DNA from: Dehalococcoidia bacterium
GTDB lineage: Bacteria > Chloroflexota > Dehalococcoidia > UBA2979
DNA length: 64,000 nt
Reading direction: 5' to 3'
Assembly (NCBI GenBank): GCA_964291495.2
Contig: OZ219871.1
Coordinates: forward strand, 1,303,355 to 1,367,354
In this document: in pieces, positions 30,387 through 38,469 of the stretch
Layout of the letters: each line of letters begins with the position of its first letter
Position numbering within the stretch: the first letter of the stretch is position 1
Program-made: the position numbers and the translations under genes
Notes under the pieces: model-generated
What the model saw: the letters and a program-made list of their open reading frames with translations, nothing else
Databases searched by the model: none
Told to the model about the DNA's origin: nothing

Positions 30387-30629
30387 ATGATCGGTGGACT
30401 GGGCTGGCAGGAGTTGCTGATCATCCTCGTGATCATCGCCCTGATCTTCGGGGCGACCCGTGTCGCCGACCTCGGCGGTGCGCTCGGGCGAGGCATCCGC
30501 GAGTTCCGCCAGGAGGCGGCGCGTCCGGATGACGAGGAAGAAGAAGAGGGCTCCGAGACTGCTTCCGCGTCCGGCGGCTCCTCGGACGGCGAGTCGGAGG
30601 CCTCCAGCGACAAGGAGTCATCCGGCTGA
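30387..30629 (+). CDS. tatA: twin-arginine translocase TatA/E with acidic Ser/Glu-rich tail
   Basis: MIGGLGWQELLIILVIIALIFGATRVADLGGALGRGIREFRQ. Confidence 0.92.
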   Translation: MIGGLGWQELLIILVIIALIFGATRVADLGGALGRGIREFRQEAARPDDEEEEEGSETASASGGSSDGESEASSDKESSG

Positions 30630-30661
30630 CCGCGCTCCCACGAAGGCGAAGCTGAGAGCCG

Positions 30662-30688
30662 GCCCGGCGTAGAGATGCGCCGGGCTTT
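30662..30688 (+). terminator. rho-independent terminator candidate after tatA
   Basis: GCCCGGCG (30662-30669) pairs with CGCCGGGC (30678-30685), with an 8-nt loop, followed by TTTCGCTT. Confidence 0.6.
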
Positions 30689-30780
30689 CGCTTGTCCACC
30701 AGCCCCCGTTTCGTACCATCGATGTAGTGCGATTCGCCGAGGGACGTACATGGCGGCCCCTGCGCGACGCCAGGAGTGAC

Positions 30781-32211
30781 ATGGCCGCGCTCGCAACGAT
30801 GACGAACAGGCTGCGGACCGGCGCCGCGCTGATCGCCGGCGCGGCAGCCGCCGAGGCATCGCGGCGCCTCGGGCGCGGCGGGGGGACGGCGCTGCCGGGC
30901 CTCGTCGCCGCCACGATCGCGCCGGACATCACCGCGCAGCTCGTGCGCCGCGCCGCCGCGGGCACGGTCGTCGTCACCGGGACCAACGGCAAGACCACGA
31001 CCGCGCACCTGCTCGCCGAGTGCGCCCGTGCGGCCGGCGTCGGCGTGATCGCCAACCGCTCCGGCTCCAACCTCGAGCGCGGCATCGTCTCCGCGTTCCT
31101 CGCGGACCGCGGCAACGGCGCCCGCGAACGCCTCGGCGTGCTCGAGGTCGACGAGGCGGCGTTGCCGCCGCTGCTGCCCGCGCTCGCGCCGCGCGCGATC
31201 GTCTTCCTCAACCTCTTCCGCGATCAGCTCGACCGCTACGGCGAGGTCGACTCCGTCGCCGAGGGCTGGGAGCGGATGCTGATCGCCGACGCCTCGGGCG
31301 CCACGCTCGTGCTGAATGCGGACGACCCCTCGATCGCGCCGCTCGCGGAGGCGGGACGCGGCGAGGTGGTGACGTTCGGCATCGAGGATGACGGCATCGC
31401 CCGCGGCGGCCCCGACCACGCCTCGGATGCTCGCTTCTGCCGCTGCGGCGCGGCGTTCCGCTACGACGCGGTCTTCGTCGCGCACGCCGGCCGCTGGCGC
31501 TGCGACGCCTGCGGCCGCTCGCGGCCCCGCCCGCTCGTCGCGGCGCACGAGATCGAGCAGTTCGAGGACGGCTCGCGCTTCGCCCTTGATCTCGCGGGTG
31601 AGCGCCTCGCGGTCGAGCTGCCGCTACAGGGGCTGTACCCGATCTACAACGCGCTCGGCGCGGTGGCGGCGGCGCACGCGCTGGGCCTCGATGCCCCGGT
31701 CGTCGCGAGGGCGCTTGCGGGCGCGGGCCCGGCGTTCGGGCGGCAGGAGCGCTTCCAGCTGCGCGGCCGCGATCTGCGGCTCTGGCTGGCGAAGAACCCG
31801 GCGGGCATGAACGCCGTGCTGCGCGCCCTCACGGCGGCCGGGACGCCCTCGGAGGACGCCGCGGAGCCACGGCTGCACGTCCTCGCGGCGCTGAACGACG
31901 GCATCCAGGATGGGCGCGACGTCTCCTGGATCTACGACGCCGACTTCGAGCTGCTCGCCGGTCACGCCGCGAGCGTCTGCGTCACCGGCGATCGCGCCGA
32001 CGACCTGGCATTGCGACTGCGCCTCGCCGGCGTACGCGTCGACCTCGTGCAGCCGCATCGCGCCTCGGCGCTCGACGAGGCGCTGCACCGGCTGCCGCAG
32101 GGCGAGCGCCTCGAGGTGGTCACGACGTACACGGCGATGCTCCAGCTGCGGGAGATCATCGCGGCCGGGAGCGGCATCGCGCCGTACTGGGAGCGGGAGC
32201 GGCAGCGATGA
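30781..32211 (+). CDS. murT: lipid II isoglutaminyl synthase subunit MurT (Mur ligase family)
   Basis: Start at ATG 30781. VVVTGTNGKTTT P-loop and a Cys4 ribbon CRCGAAFRYDAVFVAHAGRWRCDAC typical of MurT. ATGA overlap with gatD. Confidence 0.88.
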   Translation: MAALATMTNRLRTGAALIAGAAAAEASRRLGRGGGTALPGLVAATIAPDITAQLVRRAAAGTVVVTGTNGKTTTAHLLAECARAAGVGVIANRSGSNLERGIVSAFLADRGNGARERLGVLEVDEAALPPLLPALAPRAIVFLNLFRDQLDRYGEVDSVAEGWERMLIADASGATLVLNADDPSIAPLAEAGRGEVVTFGIEDDGIARGGPDHASDARFCRCGAAFRYDAVFVAHAGRWRCDACGRSRPRPLVAAHEIEQFEDGSRFALDLAGERLAVELPLQGLYPIYNALGAVAAAHALGLDAPVVARALAGAGPAFGRQERFQLRGRDLRLWLAKNPAGMNAVLRALTAAGTPSEDAAEPRLHVLAALNDGIQDGRDVSWIYDADFELLAGHAASVCVTGDRADDLALRLRLAGVRVDLVQPHRASALDEALHRLPQGERLEVVTTYTAMLQLREIIAAGSGIAPYWERERQR

Positions 32212-32984
32212 GCGCCGCGGCGGACAGGCCGGCGATCCGTGTGGTCTGGCTCTATCCCGAGCTGATGAACGTCTACGCCGATCGCGGCAACGTGATTGCG
32301 CTGGAGGCGCGCTGCGCCGCGCTTGGCGTCGGCTGCGAGGTCACCCGCGTCGGGATCGGCGATCCGCTGCCGGACGAGGCCGACCTGGTGCTGATCGGCG
32401 GCGGCCAGGATCGGGAGCAACGCCGCGCCGCGCCGGACCTCGCGCGTCACGCCGGCACGCTGCGCGACTGGGTGGACGAGGACGCCGCGATGCTCGCGGT
32501 CTGCGGCGGCTTCCAGCTCTTCGGCCGCTGGTACCGCACCGCCGAGGGCGACGAACTGCCCGGCGTGGGCGTCTTCGACGTGACCACCGTCGCGCCGCCT
32601 CGCGACGAGGAGCGCTGCATCGGCGACGTGCTCGCGCGCTCGACCGTCGAGGGCGTCGGCGAGGTCGTCGGTTTCGAGAACCACGGTGGACGCTCCTACC
32701 TCGGGCCGGGCGTGGAGCCGTTCGCGCACGTCGAGTTCGGCTATGGCAACAACGGCGCGGACGGGGCCGAGGGCGCGCGCGTGCGCGAGGCGATCGGCAC
32801 CTACCTGCATGGCTCGCTGCTGCCTCGCAACCCGGCGCTGACGGACCATCTGATCCGCGCCGCGCTGCGCCACCGCTACGGCGAGGAGCCGGAGCTGCCG
32901 GAGGCGGCCGCTCCGTTCGCCGCACGCGCGCACCGCACGGCCGCGGCCGTCGCGCGGCGGCGCAGCCGCCGAGCGGGGGCGTAA
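32208..32984 (+). CDS. gatD: lipid II isoglutaminyl synthase glutaminase subunit GatD (CobQ-like GATase)
   Basis: IRVVWLYPELMNVYADRGNVIALE..., LIGGGQDREQ, AVCGGFQLFG. Confidence 0.88.
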   Translation: MSAAADRPAIRVVWLYPELMNVYADRGNVIALEARCAALGVGCEVTRVGIGDPLPDEADLVLIGGGQDREQRRAAPDLARHAGTLRDWVDEDAAMLAVCGGFQLFGRWYRTAEGDELPGVGVFDVTTVAPPRDEERCIGDVLARSTVEGVGEVVGFENHGGRSYLGPGVEPFAHVEFGYGNNGADGAEGARVREAIGTYLHGSLLPRNPALTDHLIRAALRHRYGEEPELPEAAAPFAARAHRTAAAVARRRSRRAGA

Positions 32985-33063
32985 CGGCAGGCCCGAGGTT
33001 TGACGCCCTCCGCGTGCGCCCGCGATTCTGTGATCGGCGGGGGCTGCACGGAGGCGCGGCCCG

Positions 33064-33969
33064 TTGACTGCGACAGGTCCCAGGTTCTCGCGGCGCAGGT
33101 TCCTCAGGCGCACCGTCCTCGGCGTGCTGCTCGGGGGCGCGCTGATCGTCTCCTGCTCGCGCTTCCGTCCGGACGACGAAGAGCCGCCCGAGGTCGTCGC
33201 CCACAGCCCGACGCCGACGCCGATCCCCACCGAGCCGCCGCCGGCGACCGTGACGCCCACGCCAACGCCCCGGCCGCTGCCGACGCGCAGATCCCGGCCG
33301 GCCACGCCGACTCCGACCGCCACCTCCGACCCCACGCCCGTCACGCCGACGCCGTACCCCTCGATGCTTGATCCCGAGGATCTGCGCGGCTTCGCCGTTC
33401 CGATCGAGGGAGGCTGCCTGCCCGACTCCGACCGGCTGATGCCGAACGCGCCCCGCGAGTACCGCAACGGCATCCATGAGGGCGTCGACTGGTACAACGG
33501 CCTCGCTTGCGCCGCCGTCTCCGAAGGCACCCCGGTGATGGCGATGTACCAGGGCATCGTGGTCCGCGCCGACCTCGACTACGTCGACATCACCATCGAG
33601 CAGGTCAACGAGTTCGCGGAGCGGACGGCCGAGAAGGGCTACACCGAGGAGCCGATCCTCGACATCTACCGGGGCCGGCAGGTCTGGATCGACCACGGCA
33701 ACGGCGTCGCCACCCGCTACTGCCACCTCAGCGTGATTGCCGAGGGCCTCGATGAGGGCGTCGAGGTCCAGCAGGGCCAGGTGATCGGCGGCGTCGGCGA
33801 GTCCGGCACGCCGGAGTCGATCACGGCGCCGGGCACGGAGATGCACCTGCACGCCGAGGTGCGCATCGGGGACTCGTTCCTCGGCTCCGGCCTGCCGCCC
33901 GACGAGGTGCGCGCGCTCTACGTGAAGCTGTTCGGCCTCGGCGCGGACGAGTCCGCCTCGGGAGGCTGA
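33064..33969 (+). CDS. M23 family metallopeptidase, Tat-signal lipoprotein
   Basis: TTG start. SRRRFLRRTVLGVLLGGALIVSC (twin-Arg plus lipobox), Pro/Thr linker, HEGVDW, IDHGNGVATRYCHLS, THLHAEV. Confidence 0.85.
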   Translation: MTATGPRFSRRRFLRRTVLGVLLGGALIVSCSRFRPDDEEPPEVVAHSPTPTPIPTEPPPATVTPTPTPRPLPTRRSRPATPTPTATSDPTPVTPTPYPSMLDPEDLRGFAVPIEGGCLPDSDRLMPNAPREYRNGIHEGVDWYNGLACAAVSEGTPVMAMYQGIVVRADLDYVDITIEQVNEFAERTAEKGYTEEPILDIYRGRQVWIDHGNGVATRYCHLSVIAEGLDEGVEVQQGQVIGGVGESGTPESITAPGTEMHLHAEVRIGDSFLGSGLPPDEVRALYVKLFGLGADESASGG

Positions 33970-34026
33970 CGAGGCCGCCGCGCCGTACACTGCCGTTAGC
34001 GTGCGAGCTCATGCGAAGGGGGCGCG

Positions 34027-34893
34027 GTGCCGATCCTCTCGATCGAGATCCCGTGGGATCCGAACATCACGCAGATCGGCGGGTTGCTGCTGACCTGGCA
34101 CGGGCTGTTCACCGCGATCGGCATCTTCGCCGGGGTGCGGCTGTCGCTCTTCCTCGTGAACGTCGTGCAGTACGACTACGACGACGCCTACACGCTCGCC
34201 CTCGTCGGCGTGCCCAGCGGGATCGTCGGCGCGCGCCTGCTCTTCGTCTTCGAGCACTGGGAGTCGTTCAGCGGCGACCCGGTGGCGATCCTGCGCATCA
34301 CCGAGGGGGGCATCTCGATCTGGGGCGCGATCCTCGGCGGCGTGATCGGCGGCCTGGCCTTCGGTCTCTGGAAGGGCTACCCGGTCGCCCGAGGGCTGGA
34401 CCTGGCCAGCTTCGGCATCATCCTCGGGCAGGCGATCGGGCGCCTCGGCGACCTCGTCAACGGCGAGCACCTGGCGAAGGCGAGCGAGCTGCCGTGGGCC
34501 GTCTTCTACACGCACGAGGACTCGCCCGCGTTCGTGCACTCGCTGCTGGTCGGGCCGCACCACCCGGCGACGACCTACGAGTTGATCGGCGACCTCGTGA
34601 TCCTCGGGGCGCTGTTCGTGCTGATGTTCCGCGTCTTCTGGCACAAGCCGGGGCTGACCTTCTGCTGCTACCTGGTCGGCTACGCGGTGATGCGCTTCTT
34701 CCTCACCTACCTGCGCATCGACTCCAGCGGGACGATCGTGCCGGAGCTGCGCGTCCCGCAGCTCGTCTCGCTGCTCGTGGTGCTCGGGATGGTTCCGGTG
34801 GTCTGGTACTTCGCGACGCGGCCGCCCGAGGAGGAGCCGGCGCCGCTCCATCGTCTGCCGCTCATCGGGCGGCTGCTCGGCGCGGAGCGGTGA
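34027..34893 (+). CDS. lgt: prolipoprotein diacylglyceryl transferase
   Basis: LTWHGLFTAIGIFAG, GARLLFVFEHW, GGISIWGAILGGVIGG, GQAIGRLGDLVNGEH. Confidence 0.92.
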   Translation: MPILSIEIPWDPNITQIGGLLLTWHGLFTAIGIFAGVRLSLFLVNVVQYDYDDAYTLALVGVPSGIVGARLLFVFEHWESFSGDPVAILRITEGGISIWGAILGGVIGGLAFGLWKGYPVARGLDLASFGIILGQAIGRLGDLVNGEHLAKASELPWAVFYTHEDSPAFVHSLLVGPHHPATTYELIGDLVILGALFVLMFRVFWHKPGLTFCCYLVGYAVMRFFLTYLRIDSSGTIVPELRVPQLVSLLVVLGMVPVVWYFATRPPEEEPAPLHRLPLIGRLLGAER

Positions 34894-35162
34894 CGGACGT
34901 CGTCCTCTATGGCCGAGAGGGCTGCGCCCCCTGCGCGCACGCCCGCGACGCGCTGCGCCGCCTCGGGCGCGACTTCGCCTTCGAGTTGCGCGAGCAGGAT
35001 GTCGACGCCGACCCGGCGCTCGACGCCCGCTACGGCGATCGCGTGCCGGTGATCGCGGTCGATGGCCGCGAGGTCAGCGCGGGCCGCATCGACTCGGCGG
35101 CGGTGCGGCGCGCGCTCGCGGAGGCCGGGCGCGCTGTTGACAGCAACAGCGGTCGTTCATAG
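34890..35162 (+). CDS. glutaredoxin-like (DUF836/YruB-type) thioredoxin-fold protein
   Basis: In-frame GTG at 34890 overlaps the lgt stop (GTGA): VTDVVLYGREGCAPCAHARDALRRL...RVPVIAVDGREV. It lies within the spurious long track ORF 34011..35162. Confidence 0.7.
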   Translation: MTDVVLYGREGCAPCAHARDALRRLGRDFAFELREQDVDADPALDARYGDRVPVIAVDGREVSAGRIDSAAVRRALAEAGRAVDSNSGRS

Positions 35163-35294
35163 CCTCGATTCACGCAGCGCGCCCGCGCTACGTGACATGG
35201 GCGTAGAGGCAGGAACGCGGAACGACCCGATGAGCGAACGACTGCTCCCGCTCCTCGCAGCCGCCGCCATGCAGCGCCCCGATCGGGGCCACAT

Positions 35295-35355
35295 GGTGAT
35301 GCGCTAGCCCGCCCGCCCCGCGAGAGCCGGGGCCAGCGGGCAGCCTCGCATCATC
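35295..35355 (+). promoter_or_regulatory. long nested hairpin in the 220-nt leader of the thrC-like operon (candidate attenuator or RNA element, class unknown)
   Basis: GGUGAUGCG (35295-35303) pairs with CGCAUCAUC (35347-35355, one G-U). Inner helices are GCCCGC/GCGGGC (35307-35312 / 35336-35341) and GCCCCG/CGGGGC (35315-35320 / 35328-35333), with a 7-nt loop. Confidence 0.3.
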
Positions 35356-35382
35356 CCGAACCCAGCCCGGAGCATCCCTGCC

Positions 35383-36642
35383 ATGTCCTTCGAACGTTCA
35401 CTGCGCTGCCGCGAGTGCGCGCGCGAGTTCCCGCTCGCCGCGGCCTTCTTCTGCGAGTTCTGTTTCGGCCCCCTCGAGGTCGCCTACGACTACGAGGGCA
35501 TCGCCGCCTCGATCTCCCGCGAGTCGATCGCGGCCGGGCCGCCGACGCTCTGGCGCTACGCCGATCTGTTGCCGTCCGAGCCCGAGTACCGCGTGGACCT
35601 CGGGGCGGGCTTCACGCCGCTGCTGCGGGCCGACAACCTGGCTGCGGCGCTCGGCCTCGAGCGGCTCTGGATCAAGAACGACACCGTCAACCCGACGTGG
35701 TCGTTCAAGGACCGCGTCGTCGCCGTCGCGATCGCAAAGGCGCGCGAGTTCGGCTACACCGGCATCGCCTGCGCCAGCACCGGCAACCTCGCGAACTCCG
35801 TCGCCGCGCACGGTGCTCGCGCCGGCATGGAGACGATCGTCTTCATCCCGCACGACCTCGAGGAGGGCAAGGTCGTCGGCAGCGGGATCTACGACCCGAC
35901 GCTCGTGATGGTCGAGGGCTCCTACGACGACGTGAACCGGCTCTGCACGGAGGTGTCGCAGTCCAAGCCGTGGGCCTTCGTCAACATCAACGTGCGGCCC
36001 TACTACGCCGAGGGATCGCGCACGCTCGGCTTCGAGGTCGCCGAGCAACTCGGCTGGCGCACGCCGGACCACTGCGTGGTGCCGATGGCCTCGGGCTCCC
36101 TCTTCACGAAGATCTGGAAGGGCTTCAACGAGCTGCACCAGGTCGGCTTGATCGACGAGCCGCGCACCCGTATGTCGGGGGCGCAGGCGGCCGGCTGCTC
36201 GCCCATCGCGACTGCCTTCGAGGAGGGCACGCTCAACTTCCGACCGCAGAAGCCGGACACGATCGCGCGCTCGATCGCCATCGGCAACCCGGCGGACGGC
36301 TACTATGCGCTCAAGACGCTGGAGGAGACGAACGGCGTCGCGGCAATGGCGACGGACGCGGAGATCGTCGACGGCATGAAGCTGCTGGCGGAGACCGAGG
36401 GCATCTTCGCGGAGACGGCGGGCGGCACCACGATCGCCTGCCTCAAGCACATGGTGGAGCGCGGCCAGATCGCGCCCGGCGAGGAGACCGTCGCCTTCAT
36501 CACCGGCGGAGGCCTCAAGACCACCGAGGCGCTGCAGGGCGGGCTCGCCAGCCCGCTGCTCGTGCCCGCCCGCGGCGACGCGTTCATCGAGGCCTACGAG
36601 GCGCGGCGGGCGCCCGCCGCAGCCGCGACAGGAGGGGCATGA
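35383..36642 (+). CDS. threonine-synthase-family PLP enzyme with N-terminal Cys4 zinc ribbon (ThrC, or MetM-like O-phosphohomoserine sulfhydrylase)
   Basis: CRECAREF...FCEFCFGPLE ribbon, PLP-lysine motif NPTWSFKDR, CASTGN, ITGGGLK. Function is ambiguous because of its operon partners (NIL plus CysO-type carrier). Confidence 0.9.
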   Translation: MSFERSLRCRECAREFPLAAAFFCEFCFGPLEVAYDYEGIAASISRESIAAGPPTLWRYADLLPSEPEYRVDLGAGFTPLLRADNLAAALGLERLWIKNDTVNPTWSFKDRVVAVAIAKAREFGYTGIACASTGNLANSVAAHGARAGMETIVFIPHDLEEGKVVGSGIYDPTLVMVEGSYDDVNRLCTEVSQSKPWAFVNINVRPYYAEGSRTLGFEVAEQLGWRTPDHCVVPMASGSLFTKIWKGFNELHQVGLIDEPRTRMSGAQAAGCSPIATAFEEGTLNFRPQKPDTIARSIAIGNPADGYYALKTLEETNGVAAMATDAEIVDGMKLLAETEGIFAETAGGTTIACLKHMVERGQIAPGEETVAFITGGGLKTTEALQGGLASPLLVPARGDAFIEAYEARRAPAAAATGGA

Positions 36643-36887
36643 TGGCAAGCAGGCCGGTCCGCTTCACTTTCTCGCCCGAGCTGATCCAGGAGCCGCTGAT
36701 CTACCTGCTCGGCCACGAGTTCGAGGTGATCACCAACATCCGCATGGCCGACGTCGACGCGCGCGTCGGCTGGGTCGTGCTCGAGCTCGAGGGCGAGCCG
36801 GACGAGATCGATCGCGCCATCGCCTGGGCCGAGTCGAAGGGCGTGCGCGTGGACCAGGCGACCCTCGGCGACGTCGTCGAGGGCTAG
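36639..36887 (+). CDS. stand-alone NIL domain protein
   Basis: ATGATG at 36639 overlaps the upstream stop (ATGA): MMASRPVRFTFSPELIQEPLIYLLGHEFEVITNIRMADVDARVGWVVLELEGEPDEIDRAIAWAESKGVRV, the NIL pattern (ferredoxin-like fold, as in the MetN C-terminus). Confidence 0.75.
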   Translation: MMASRPVRFTFSPELIQEPLIYLLGHEFEVITNIRMADVDARVGWVVLELEGEPDEIDRAIAWAESKGVRVDQATLGDVVEG

Positions 36888-36939
36888 CGAGCCGCAACCC
36901 GCCCGGCGCGCCGGGCCCGACAGCGAGAGGACCACTGCG

Positions 36940-37215
36940 ATGGCAGTGAACGTGCGAATCCCCGCCCCGCTCCGCACCCTGACGGGCGACCAGGAGCTCG
37001 TCAGCGCCGACGGCGCGACGCTGGCCGACGTGGTCGAGCACCTCGAGGCGTCCTACCCCGGCATGCGCGAGCGGCTCTGCGAGGACGACGGCGAGCTGCG
37101 CCGCTTCGTCAACGTCTTCGTGAACGGCGAGGACGTGCGTTTCCTCTCCGGCCTCGCCAGCGAGCTGAGCGAGGGCGACGAGGTCTCGATCGTCCCGGCG
37201 GTGGCCGGCGGCTAG
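36940..37215 (+). CDS. CysO/MoaD/ThiS-family ubiquitin-like sulfur carrier (carrier 1, MetO-like by context)
   Basis: 91 aa ending ...RRFVNVFVNGEDVRFLSGLASELSEGDEVSIVPAVAGG-stop. GAGAGGA SD. Confidence 0.9.
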   Translation: MAVNVRIPAPLRTLTGDQELVSADGATLADVVEHLEASYPGMRERLCEDDGELRRFVNVFVNGEDVRFLSGLASELSEGDEVSIVPAVAGG

Positions 37216-37231
37216 CCGGCAGCAACCGCAG

Positions 37232-38404
37232 ATGACCGGCTCGACGATCACGGACCTTCGCTACTACCTGGTCCACCCGACGCCGCCCGAGACCGGGCAG
37301 CCCGATCGCTACACCGCGGGCAAGAACCTCTGCTTCGTGCGCCTCGAGACCGCCGACGGCCTGCACGGCTGGGGCGAGTGCTACACGCAGTCCGATCGCG
37401 ACATCCAGATCACCGCGCACCTCGAGGCGCTGCGACGCTACATCGAGGGCTGGGACGCGGCGCGGATCAAGCCGTGGACGGACGCGATCTACAACGACTT
37501 CGGCAACCGCCGCGGCGCGATGGACCTCTACTCCGCGATCTCCGGCGTGGAGCAGGCGATGTGGGACCTCGCGGGCAAGCGCGCGGGCATGCCCGTGCAC
37601 CAGCTGCTCGGCGGCGCGGTGCGCGACCGGCTGCGCGTCTACGCCAACGGCTGGGCGCGCATGGACGACCTCGATGAGCTGCAGGCCCGCGCGCGGGCGA
37701 TGGCCGATCGCGGCTTCACCGGGCTCAAGTTCGACCCCGTGCCGGGCAAGTGGCGCAGCTACGTGGGCATGCCGGAGCTGCGCACCGCCGCCGATCGCGT
37801 CCGCGCCGTGCGCGAGGCGGTTGGCCCCGACGTCGACATCCTCGTCGAGGTCCACCGGCGGCTGAGCCCCTCGAACGCCGTACGGCTGGCGAAGCTGGTC
37901 GAGCAGTACGAGCCGTACTGGTTCGAGGAGCCGGTCTGGGCCGAGAACGTGACCGCCCTCGCCGCCGCCACGGCGCAGATCAACATCCCCACCGTCACCG
38001 GCGAGGAGCTCTACACCAAGTTCGAGTTCCGCGAGGCCTTCGAGCAGCGCGCCGCCGACATCATCAACCCCGACGTGGCGAACGTCGGCGGCATCAAGGA
38101 GCTGACTGAGATCGCGGCGATGGCCGAGGCCTACTTCGTCGCGGTCAGCCCGCACAACTACAACTCGACGACGGTGGCGCTGGCCTCGACGCTGCAGGCC
38201 GCGGCGACGATGCCCAACTTCATCATCACCGAGTACTTCGTGAACTTCGAGGGGTGGGGCCGGGAAGCGGCGACGGCGCCGTTCGAGGTGGTGGACAGCC
38301 ACATCGCCCTCCCGACGGCGCCGGGCCTCGGCATCGACCTCGACGAGGAGGTGCTGAAGGCGCATCCGGCGCGCGAGTTCCCGGTGCGCACGATCGGCGA
38401 CTAG
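37232..38404 (+). CDS. enolase-superfamily enzyme (mandelate racemase / muconate lactonizing family, acid-sugar dehydratase-like)
   Basis: HGWGECY, AISGVEQAMWDLAGKRAGMPVHQLLGG, VEVHRRL, YWFEEP, GEELYT, ADIINPDVANVGGI. Starts 16 nt after carrier 1. Confidence 0.88.
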   Translation: MTGSTITDLRYYLVHPTPPETGQPDRYTAGKNLCFVRLETADGLHGWGECYTQSDRDIQITAHLEALRRYIEGWDAARIKPWTDAIYNDFGNRRGAMDLYSAISGVEQAMWDLAGKRAGMPVHQLLGGAVRDRLRVYANGWARMDDLDELQARARAMADRGFTGLKFDPVPGKWRSYVGMPELRTAADRVRAVREAVGPDVDILVEVHRRLSPSNAVRLAKLVEQYEPYWFEEPVWAENVTALAAATAQINIPTVTGEELYTKFEFREAFEQRAADIINPDVANVGGIKELTEIAAMAEAYFVAVSPHNYNSTTVALASTLQAAATMPNFIITEYFVNFEGWGREAATAPFEVVDSHIALPTAPGLGIDLDEEVLKAHPAREFPVRTIGD

Positions 38405-38469
38405 CCGATCCGGGCTCCGCTCCTCGGGGCGAGGTCGCTGAGCCAGGGAGCAGATCGAGGGGCAGTCAG

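Noticed and set aside
35197-35307. Possible Met-codon-rich leader peptide (MGVEAGTRNDPMSERLLPLLAAAAMQRPDRGHMVMR) upstream of the thrC-like operon
   Set aside because: It has no convincing Shine-Dalgarno and mixed third-position composition, and I know of no precedent for Met-codon attenuation. It is kept only as a note within the leader finding.
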